Positions 24,601 through 64,000 of a DNA stretch of 64,000 nt are shown here, one piece after another; positions within the stretch are counted from its first letter, which is position 1; every line of letters starts with the position of its first letter. Source of the DNA: Podarcis cretensis (Eukaryota); the NCBI GenBank assembly GCA_951804945.1, contig OX638149.1:81344001-81408000 (forward strand). The letters run 5' to 3'. The notes beneath the pieces were generated by a model. The model saw nothing but the letters and a program-made list of their open reading frames with translations, was not told the origin of the DNA and made no database searches. The position numbers were made by a program, and so were the translations under genes.

Positions 24601-26722
24601 TACAAGAGGGAAGTCTTGAGGCCTGCTAACTTGTGTATAAGCTGAACCAGATCCTCTCCAAGGGGTGATGAGGTTGAGACCCAGCTTCTGAAAACCATGA
24701 CTTAGCTGTGGGTAAGGAGCAAAAATGCTGTGATTTCCCCCCTCTTTAATATACACATACCCCGATACAAAACACAACACTGATAATATATAATAATCTA
24801 TAGAAAACCTATTATCAAATATATAACAAACTCATTATTTAAACACTATCATTCAATTATTCACATGTTGTTTGTCAAGCAATTATAAGCTTTATATCTT
24901 TTTATTCCAGCAGCAAAAAATATTTTAACATTAAGCTGGTGTTATGTACGTTACAAAAGGGGACCAAAGTTTTTTTAATCGTTCTTTTCTAGCTGCCCTG
25001 CTGTTAATCAGTTCTGTGCACCAGCAGGTTTGCTTGTTCATGGCTTGCCTTAAGTGAGGCTATTGTGGCAGAGACAGCATTCCTTATGAGGTCTGGCCAG
25101 AATGGGAAAAGATTAATGCAGGGAAGTCAGCTCCTCTATAATGAGATCCTGGCTTTCCTGGAACAAAATGCAAAGGGAGCACTAATCAGGGACACGATTA
25201 TTCAGAGAAGATGAGGTGCCATCTTTCATGAGTTTGTTCTTCTGCTTATGCCTTTGCAGGGATTATCAAGCTGTAGTAACTTGCCATCAGCTCTGTATCC
25301 ATGTATTTGACGCTTGAAAGAGTCTGCATTGCAAACAGCCTTAGCTGAATCTCCAGAGCTAGCAAAAAGGAACATTCTATCATGGCAGAATCAGACTAAT
25401 AGTGTTGCCCCACCCCAAAGTGTGTTTTGTTCAAAAAACCAAAATGCATTTAGCCACATTTTCTTAATGAACAAATTTCCTAGCACCTGCCGAGTTCCTC
25501 CTGCCTCTCGTGTCCTTTTCTTAGTGGCACTGCCTGCCTGCCTTCTATTTTTTCCCTTCTCTTTAGAGCTAAATATAGCCCAAAAGCATGTCAGTGTGAC
25601 CACACCCAGCTGTGGCCAGCCAGGGTGAAACCTGTGTGGCAGGGCAGAGCAGCGTTGATGAAATCTGGATGTGAGTGTCAGTTTGAAGGCATTTCTTTCA
25701 CATCCTTAAATGCCTTTTCTAAAATTCAGAAAGTTGTTTTTCTCTTACAGAAACGAATACAATGTGCCTTTCTCTTGCTCCCATTTAACGCAACCAGGCG
25801 CTCAGCATGAGTGGCGTTCTTTTTCCCCACTGCACTTTCCACAGGTGGGGCAGGGGCAGTTCACCATCCACAGCATGGCAAAGGTAGAGGGCACCAGCAG
25901 AAGTTCTCACGGATGCCATTGTGACCATGCTGGCAAATCCAGGCTAAAGCGTAAAGGTGTTTTGGGTAGTGCTTGCTCAAACATGCCCTCCAGTTTCTTT
26001 AGATTTCTTCCGTTGTAAAAAGAGATTTCTGTTTTTCTGCTTCATTCACAATGTGATTTAAAAGGCATTTGTAATTTTGCAAAGAAGAATATGGTGTGTT
26101 TTTATTTCTATTAAGTATTTCCCTGGCACTCTGCAGCCTTCCTGATCTGAAAAGGCCCATGGGATGAATTTCCTCCATGGTCTCCTCTCCTGGAGTTACC
26201 TGAGGCTAGGGCGACTGGCAACCTAGCTCCTGGATTTAAGCGCTCTTCCCTTTGTTTCTAAGGGAAGTGCTTCCTAATACTTTTTTTTTAAAGTGTACTG
26301 ATTTCTTTAAAAGTAAAAATAACTTAAAAGCTGGGAGCATGGTAGACAACCCTCCCAGCTTCCTGTGCTTACAGCAAAGCCCACCCTGGGATGTCACAGG
26401 CTTTTCATGCTTGGAGGGGCTGCAGAATGCAGACCACCAGGGAGATGACTTTGATAATTTCTCATTTATGATGGAGATTGCTTGGGAAAAAGTGAGAGAA
26501 GTTTTCAGCACAGCACCAATTGCAGTGTCAGACCCTCTTGGGGATAGTCTATGTGAGGCAAAGGTTGAGTGCACCAGTAGTGTCACAACACAATACTCTT
26601 CCTATACCATTGCATGGCTGGGAGGGGAAGGATCTTTGCAGTGGAAATCAATCTTTTTTCAGATGGCATTTGCAAAGCACCAAAACTGAAACCTGGGAGA
26701 TAATCAGAACCAAGACATTTAC

Positions 26723-26728
26723 TTTATT
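26723..26728 (-). terminator. Probable B4GALNT4 polyadenylation signal AATAAA (3' UTR about 1.7 kb)
   Basis: tttatt on + strand; followed on - strand by GT/T-rich sequence (gtcttggttctg...gtttcagttttggtg). Confidence 0.6.
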
Positions 26729-28423
26729 TTTAATAACAATATCAATAAAAATAAAAAAATAAAACAAAACCAGACATAACTTTCTGAAAACAGCTTTCTA
26801 CCTCATAATTTCACAGAAATTAGCTTGGAAATATTGTTGTGCCCTCCCCTCCTTTGATTCCTGCACCATCCCTTTCTGTTACCCCAACCACAGCAGCCTG
26901 TGAAGATGAACCTGAGGATAGTGAAACCTCACCTACTTCTCCAACTGTGTGTGGAAAAGGAGGGGGGTTCCTCTGGAAGTAATGTTGACTAGAGGAAAAC
27001 ATGGGCCTCCAGTCCACTCTTTCAGCCCATCCTGATTTTCCTAGCTATCCAATCCCCTCCCCAAAATGAGGGTTTTTATGGTGGTGGGTGTTCACACCTC
27101 ATAGCATGAGGGTGGTACCCAGCTTTCTTTCATTAGCTTGGTTGGGTGACTGGAGAAGAGTGGGCAGTAACTGGAAGCTTAGGCTCACTGAGCAACTCAG
27201 CACTCATGGGTTCCCAGGGTTTCTCCTTAATTCCTGGCTGCTCCAATGCTGATGGTTATACAGAAACTCACCTACTCTCTCTGTGGCCATTCAAATGGCA
27301 CAGAGAGCTACTCGATACTTTCCTTGTACATTCAAACAACAGATGAAGGATGAAAGGGAAGAATGAGAAGGGTGCAAGCCAATTCTGATGCGAATTTGTT
27401 GTGATGGGAAAAGAAAGTGGAAGGGCCTCAATACTTTTCTGTTCCTTTGCCATTTCACTGAAGTGTGAAAGAGAACTGTACTGTTCCTATCTGGAATATG
27501 TGCTCACATTGGGAGTCTCTGCACCCCCAGCGCAGGGAAGATGTGCAAGTTCTCTTTCTGATAAGACTGAGATGTGGAAGAACAGGAAGCACAAGGTGCC
27601 TATACCCTCAGCCCCCTTAGCAAGATTATTGCATCTGAAGTGGCTCTCATGATCGTGCCCTCTCTCTCTTGAAACTCTTTCCCTCAACCCCATCCTAGCA
27701 TGATCTTCATCAGTCACAGAAGCAGCAGGTACGTGTAGGAAGATCACAGGGGGCTAGATTTGGGGCTGCCTCTACCTAAGACAGATCCAGAAAATATGCA
27801 GATGGGCCAGAAACCCAAAATTCACTTAGAAAGACTGAACCCCCCCCCAAAAAAAAACCTGACATGAGCCTTTCCCTCAAAATCCTGAGGGCCCACTTTG
27901 ACCATGAGATAGTGTTGAGGCCCAGTCACCTCAGGAGTGAACAGCACTTGTCACACTGAAGATTCTTCCTTTGCTTTCAGGTGCCAAAACTATGAGCCAA
28001 GTAACAACCGTGATCCTCCCCTGGCAGCTGCATGAGCTTTGTGTAGCGGTCCCAGCACCTTCCTTCCTGGCTGTAGTAATACTGGAAGGCACACCCCATT
28101 CTCCCTTTCAGCAGGAATCCCGACCTTTCAGTACTACTGAGTTAATAAATGCAATTTCTGACTAAGAAATTAGATCCCTTAAGAAAAGTCACAAAAAAAT
28201 CCCAAAGTAAACATGGTTTGCTTTAAATAGTTCAGTAGAAACCCTCGACTCCCGAGAGCCCTTGCACAGGGCCTCTGACTGATGCTGCACCCAGAAGGGC
28301 ACCTGCAGCAGTGTGGAAGGTGTGCCGAGTCACAGGTAGCAAAGCCAAGATGGCAGCTGCTGCTTCCTCTTCGCCTCCCGAAGAGGACCAGGAGTGGGGA
28401 TCAGCTGAGGGCAGGGCTGGTGT

Positions 28424-57010
<28,587 letters not shown>

Positions 57011-60000
57011 CTGTGTGGGAAGCAAAGGAGATCATTAGAAAACAGCAAGCATACTTCCAAGGTTACATGAATTCGAGGACTGCCATGCTGTTGTCCCTGA
57101 GGAACTCTCAGCTACAGCAGATGCTGGAGGGCTGCGGAACAGAAATCTTAGGTGAATGAAACTGGTGAATGAAGCCAGTTTCCACCCACACTCTTCCACA
57201 CTGACTCTTCGGCAATAAGTATTGTGTGTGCCCAGAGACAGGGGAAGGGGAAGGTAGGGTTGTGGTTCTATTTGTACTGTCCAGTTGCCATTTTCTTAGC
57301 CAATTTCCTCCTCTTTCCAGGATCTCTCAAACACCATGATCTAGCTGGAAAATGCACTCCATACCAAAGAATGGAATTCAACAGCACACTAAGGCAATTG
57401 TTCTATCTCTGCAAGCATTTCTGCTTGCCTGATCTCCCCTCTCCTTTCCCCATGGGCTGTCCTAGGGGTTCTTCCAACCCTCCTGAGCAGCTCTGGGGAG
57501 GACACAGAGGGAGGGGAGAAAGTCCCATTGCAGGACTTTTTATGCTAACTTCTTATAGTGCAATAACTTAGCTGAATCTGGGCCAAAAGTGTGCTCACCC
57601 ACCGCATATCAATGCTCCAAACACAGAAAGAATTGCGAATGAGTGTGCAAAATCACCCAATGTTCCACAATGTATTTATCATGGCATCAATCACATTTTC
57701 ACAGAATTAGGAGCAATTTAGCAGTGGCTGGTGTGAGGGAAAGAGGAAGAAGATGGTGTTGCAGTGGCCAAGCGCTTGAGCTGTAATCTGAAAAGTCAAG
57801 TGGTTCAAACATCATCTCAGCCACAAACATTCCAGCCCCACCTCCCCTCGGTCCCTCAACCTCAGCTCTCTCCCTGCTTTCCTTCTGAAATGTAAGGGCA
57901 ACAACAACAATCTGTTTTGCAGCATGGTTGTAAGGATCACTGAATGCTAAGAGTCAAAGCCATGGTCTTTAAATCACTTGCCTGCCCTGTTTATGTATAA
58001 AGCATAGGGTTGGGGGAAATCTGCTGTCAACATCAACTCTGATACTAGGAGTGAACTGGGATAAAAGAAAAGTGCCTGATGCAATGGACTATGGAGAAGT
58101 TACAGCTCTCCTCGCCCATAATAGTGTTATCAGTACAGACAGCAGAGTCAGGATGGGGAAGAGGAGGTTGATATGGGGACAGAGAAGAGGTACCAGAGAG
58201 AGAATGGGACACAGGCATGCGTAGCACAAAGAAATTCTGCTTTCTGATTACTGGAAGCCCCACCTGCAGCCTCATTTGGCAATGCAATCTGTATCATGCG
58301 TTGTCCACATAGGTCCAGTTTTTTTGCCCATTTAAGTTCAGTTATTTTCTGTACAACTAGGCAAGACTCAAGACATTTCTTCTTCCTCCCAACTGAAATC
58401 TGGATACCTTCAGATGTGAGCCAAATTCCAAACAATGCAGCAGGATTTCATATAGGACACAAACACAGAACCTCAGCACAGGAACAAAGCAAACTAGGAA
58501 GGATTCAGGAAGCATTTAGGAAACAACCATCTACATTGAAAAGGAATGGAGCAAAAGGTTTAGGAATAGAACTAAAGAACAGATATGAAGAGAATGCTGC
58601 CAGCAGTTCTGGAGGCAATAGATGCCCACAACCCAGTTGACAGAGGCAAGGCACTGCAGGCGCAGTTGCAGCTGAGATCCCGCTGTTCGATCACTGCTGC
58701 CTGTCAGTCCTGATCAGTGAGAGCAGAGGGCTCCTAAAATCCTTCTCACACAGGCTCTTGCTGGCTTGGTGTGCTGCATGCCACTGCTGCCATGGTAACC
58801 ATATCCATCTCTCACACAGCGAGACAGAAGGCTCTTCTCTGCCTTAAGCTGCCCAAGACACCAGATACTTGGGATGCTGGGTTCATTTCACAGCACACAC
58901 AAACACCCTGGGCTGACAGACCTTTGGTACTTTTCATGCAAGAGATTGTCAAGTGCTGGGAAGAAAGTGCAGGCCAACCCCATGGGGAGAATGGAGGGGT
59001 GGTGGCTGCCAACTTCAGCTGGTGCCTGCTAACTCAGCTGCAGCCATGGTTCAGCAGAGATGTGGTGCTTCAGAAGCCTGGCAGAGAGAGTAGCTGATCC
59101 ATAGAGCTGGTGGCAAAGGCAATGGGCCAGGTGGAATCTTCTTGGAAACATGGGCTTGCACAGTACACCTCAAAGACAAATAGCAAGGAGAGGGACTGCC
59201 CTAACATCAAGCAGCCGCCAAAATGGGAGGGACTAGAGTGGACTGGAAGAGCATGTGCTTTGAATGGACAAGGTCACCTCTGGCAGGAAAGCAATAGCTC
59301 TGCCTGGAGATCCTGCTGCCAGTCAGAGTACAGTACTGGGCTTGATGGACTGTTTCCTATGTTCTCCAGGCAGTAGCCTCACACGTCTTCAGGAACTGTA
59401 AGCTTCACACCACCTCTGGAATTCAGTCACTGGCTGCAAACAGAGAGGCACGTGCAGAAACACCGAAAATTATTAGGCATGGCGCCTGAAGGGAGTTGCC
59501 TAGAAAAACTAAACACTTCTATTGCTTCTGAGAGCAGGGCGCCCATGTTTGGGAAGACACTGAAGGGTAGAAAGCATAAAATTGACTGTGGTGGTTTTCT
59601 TCATAGTTTTGCTTTCTGAACATTTCCAGGTTTGAATTCGCTCGTCTTGATTACTATCTCTTTCCCATTGTAAACTACTAATTTCTGGTAATGTTGCTGC
59701 CAGTCTTTGTGTTATGTCGCAGTTTGATTGTGTTGCTCCACTGACAAATCTTTTTCTTCTTCAATTCTCACTTCTTACTTCTAGTGTTACTGTTCTGAAT
59801 TATCTGTCCCCTTTGTATTTGCTGCCAACTTGCTTTGGGATCTCTTGTTATGATCAGGTTTAATTTCTTCACTCTTCTTCCAGGGGTGGCCAGTCCCATT
59901 TTGCCACCTGACATGAATGGGAAGGTGGCTCCCCTGCCTTGCTTACCAGTCATACAGTGGCTTCCAGAAAAATCTCACCAGAAGCCATCACCATCACGCA

Positions 60001-60635
60001 ACCCTGGCGCTGGTGGTGGGAAGAGTGCCACCCTGAGGGATTCCACAGCTCAAAGCAGCTACTTCAGTCCAGGCTAGTTCATGAACAGGTTCTGTCTTCC
60101 TCCCTCTTTTAGCTAGGCTTCAGGTTTCTTGTTCCATGACTGATCTGCATCCATTGTCTTCTGTCTTTCCATAGGCTGAAATGCTATCACTGTTAATATT
60201 TAGCATTTCACTCTTCACTTACTTCAAACTTTGAAACATTTCCCCCCAGCCATTACTTCTTAACAGTACTTCTTCTCTTCCTTTTTAATACTGATGTGTT
60301 TGTATATCAAGGAAAATGAATAAATGATCAACTTCTTGTAACAAGTTGTTTGAGTAGATGGTGCTGCTCCCTCCAGAACATGTACATAGTCTTGTCCCTT
60401 ACCTTCTTCTTCTTGGAGATGAATTTGGATTGTAGGATTTTTTTTAAAAAAACACCACCACCATATATATTTTTAAAAGCTATTTAATATACTAGGTGGC
60501 ATATACTGTTGAGAATGACAATTGCAACAAAACCTCCAAGCCATGCCCAACTCTTCAGCCAAAAACAGGGTTCAGTTCTGCATATGCAGAGACAATACTG
60601 CTCAGTTTGGATCTGGCAATGGGGAGGTGTGTGGC

Positions 60636-60636
<1 letters not shown>

Positions 60637-60667
<31 letters not shown>
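60637..60667. repeat. (GT)n microsatellite
   Basis: Directly visible. Confidence 0.95.
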
Positions 60668-60673
<6 letters not shown>

Positions 60674-63076
60674 CACTTAATTAAACTCCTTCCTAGCCAG
60701 ATGTGAGCAGGTCTTGCTGTTGTTTGGATTTCAGATCACAGACTTTACTCAAGTGAAACAATGGGAAATGCATTCATCCTTTTTTCATCAAGATGCCTAA
60801 GCTTTGGACTTACAATACTAAAGTTCACAAGGGTGAAAAACAAGGGAGATGAAATCACCCAAATGGCACTACAGGAGAAGTCTTCTCTTTAGCCTTCTGA
60901 GTGCAGTAGCAGAGCTGTGTGAAGACTTGATACCAAAATAGCAAAGATGTGGTGCTGCTGCAGGACAGGAATGAGGTGTGACAGATGCAGTAGTGCTGTG
61001 GAACGCTTTTTTAAAACAAACAAACAAACAAACAATCCTGTCTGTGTCACCCCTTTCTTATTATGTCCCATTATCCATCAGGTAAAGGAAAGAGAATCAA
61101 ATCCATCTCTTTTGCCATATGTATGAGAGCACTGCTCTGTGTAACCAGGGTGTGTAAACCAAGAACACCAAGCCCTGCTCACCACAACTGTGGCTCAATT
61201 GGAGGAGAAGGAAGAGGAGAGGAGAAAAAAAAATCTCCAAAATTTCCCTTGGGAACTCCAGGACATACTCCAGGCAGGCTTTTGCTCTCCAAGCTGGCCG
61301 AGCTCCAATCAGCTGCTTCAAGGAACTGTGTGTGGCAAATGTGCCCAAACTATTCTTGCCACCACCAACAGTCCCCGCCCTTCCCTCCCACTTCCTTTCA
61401 TCGGCTCCCTAATTAAATTACAGCACTGAATTGTTCCCAGCTAATCATCTGCAAGGGAATCCAAAGTATATTCACACCCCACACTGAGTGCTTTTAAATG
61501 GTAGCCCCACAGGGGTGCCAGAAATCTTGCAAGGCCTATTCATGTCTTATTCATGAGCCAACCACAACCCTTGCAGGCAACAGTCTATGACAGCAGTTAC
61601 AGGGAAACCTTGGGCTCTCCCCATCTTGATTGTTTAGAGGAGTAACAGGGAACCTGTGGTCCTCCAGATGTTCCTGCACTGCTATTGGGAGTATTTTCTT
61701 ATGGCAAATCCACTGCACCATATATGGGTGCTTATCCTGACTATTTCAAAGAGATCAGTGAGGAAAATAGTTCAGTTCAATGCCTTTTAAAGCTGAAATG
61801 GGGAAACTACCTGCAGATTCACCATGCGTCTCCCACAGAGGTTCAAGAGACAAGAGATCCCTGGTTTTATTTATTTATGTCTGGTTAAGAAGACACATTT
61901 CCCATCATGCACTGAACCTTAACACTGGACAGGCTTCAACTAACTGGTCCTGTTAGCAGAAGCCCATGCAAGGATTCTGCTAATGCAATGATGCTTCCCT
62001 CCTATCTTCCCCTGTGCCCCTGGAATTGGCTTGCGCAAGGGGGGGGGGAATCCCTAGAACAGCACATGGGGGGGAGGGAAGGGGAGATTGTTGTATCAAT
62101 GCAATCAAAATGCTTGCACTGATGGAGTGATCCTCTTAGCGCTATACTGAATTTCTCCCACTAAACAGTACTATCACACTGATCGGTAGTGACAGAGATC
62201 ACATTGACTAGTTCTGCTGAGGGGCAGGCATGGCACTTAAGCTGGAAAAATCTGCCAATGTGCCCAGTACTGAGGCTTGGTTTGGGCCCCTCTGTTCTCA
62301 GAGCAGGTGTTTGTCCATTCATATTCCTCCCATCCAGCCCCTTTTTTGCATTTGGACAGCTTCCCTCATTTCTTTCTTCCAGCAGCTGGGGGAAGCAATA
62401 AGCATTCAGCACACATCTCCACTATTATTCCAGATCTCTTCATGTCCTGACCCTAGCAAGAAAACTCTGCATGCCCTGCTCTTCACATTTGTCCTTCTGC
62501 CAATCTGAGGGCATGGCACACAGGATACATCGCAGAGAAACAAGAGGCGATGCCAAAATGTTTGCAAATATATTTATACAGGGCACATGACAACAGCCCT
62601 TGGGCCACCACCGGCAAGGGAGCAGTTCATAACCTTGAGCAGCCTTTCCCAGCGGCCTCCTTCAGCACCACCATCGCAAGCTCTGCTCACAACACAGGAG
62701 CTGCCTGCTGAATAAAGCCTCTTTCCCGGTGTAGGGCAAAAGGGCCTCTGTCTCTGCAGCCATTTGTTGTGAATGAACAGAACAAGTAAGAGGTATGCAG
62801 AGTGGACAAGGAAAAACTGCAGAATGCCATGGAAGTTCCTGCTCAGCAGCGGACTGATAGCACAGGCAAAGAGAGGCCCAGACGAGAGCTGCCAGCTCCA
62901 TCCAGGGCTGTGTCGAAGAGAGAGAGGCAAAGAAACAGGAAGGGGGAGCTGACAGGCACCAAATCTAGACAGGAAGTACCTTCAGACCAACAAGCCTGGA
63001 AATAGGACAAAGAGGAGGAGGGGTGGAAAGGAGCGTTGTTATGGGAAAAGAAAGATGCAAAGAGATGGGAAATGAG

Positions 63077-63088
63077 GAGAGAGAGAGC

Positions 63089-63115
<27 letters not shown>
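63077..63115. repeat. (GA)n microsatellite
   Basis: Directly visible. Confidence 0.95.
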
Positions 63116-63119
<4 letters not shown>

Positions 63120-64000
63120 AAAGGCTCATGGAGAAGCAAGTTTACAGAAACAATTATGCATTTCCCACCTTAGATTGCCCTGCGGGAGAGCTGGCCTTGG
63201 GACTGGGAGACCTGGACTCACTTGCTGTCAAGAACTCACTGTGTGGCTTGAACAAGTCACCATCTCTCAGCTTCCATTTGAGAACTGGAGAAGTATCTAC
63301 CACACAGGGTTGTTCTAAGTGGCAAGTGCTATATGAAGCAGGAGTAGCTAACCCGTGATTTCTGGTGGCCTGCAAAACCCCAATCATTTGCCTCCACTAT
63401 TTTCAACTGAGTGTTTTTGGGCAGCAGGTGGCACTATTGTGCCCCACCATTGGGAGAGGTCTCTGCTGATCTGATATGCAGGGATGGGAGGCGTCACGTC
63501 TTTTTACCTTTAGAAGAGGACCCCTTCTCCGTCCAGTACTGCACCATTCTTACAAAGTTATTGCCATTGTTGGAAGGCTTTAGAGAGGAAAAGAAACAGG
63601 AAGAAGCATTCCTTCCAGTTTCCTGTCTAAGGACCTTCTACCAATAGTGCCATACCACAGAGAAAAGGGGCTTTGTTCCTCCTCCCAAGGGCAGAAGATT
63701 ATCCCAGGGCGGGCACTGCCCTAGAGAGCATAAACACTGCTGAGTGTGTCTATGTGTGTAAACTGATTGTCCTACCCTTTGCGCTGCATGAGTGTATGCA
63801 TGTGTGTGAAATGGGCTTGGTGGGCATGCAGATTTTGAGGGAGTGGGAAAGCGCTCAAAGGGGCCCTTGAGCCACAGAAGGTTAGCCACCCTGATATAAA
63901 GGATAAAGAAGAGAAGAATGGTGGTTTCTGACTTGGCTGTTCCATGCCCTTCAATACTCTCTGGATGTCTTGTTTCTGCACCATTGTAGTGAATGAGACG

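Noticed and set aside
26252-26689. 145-aa plus-strand ORF just past the B4GALNT4 poly(A) signal
   Set aside because: Non-ATG start, no recognisable motif or convincing splice context; length compatible with chance
57011-64000. Search for B4GALNT4 exon 7 and earlier
   Set aside because: No segment encoding EWTAPGEF or SDDNSEFWLS found by eye; presumed beyond the window

Overview
This is vertebrate genomic DNA, not prokaryotic. The repeat repertoire (BovB/RTE, CR1, L2, L1, Squam-type SINEs, Tigger-like and hAT MITEs) points to a squamate reptile, probably a lacertid lizard (inference). The main content is the 3' two-thirds of B4GALNT4 on the minus strand: 13 coding exons from 57010 to the stop at 28424, matching human exons 8-20. 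All have GT-AG introns with consistent phases, giving 2818 coding nt (about 938 aa), with a poly(A) signal at about 26725. Exons 1-7 were not found and are presumed to lie beyond 64000. Downstream, a CpG-rich island at 23.4-24.15 kb looks like the promoter and first exon of the next minus-strand gene (PKP3 by mammalian synteny; not confirmed). It has a symmetric, possibly bidirectional layout. The region 1-23 kb has no recognisable coding exon and is rich in transposon fragments. No CRISPR array, rRNA or tRNA gene is present, and I found no clear-cut new multi-gene system. The best leads are the mirror-symmetric promoter, a candidate CRE-driven internal first exon in B4GALNT4 intron 9, and an antisense U2 snRNA fragment next to exon 8.
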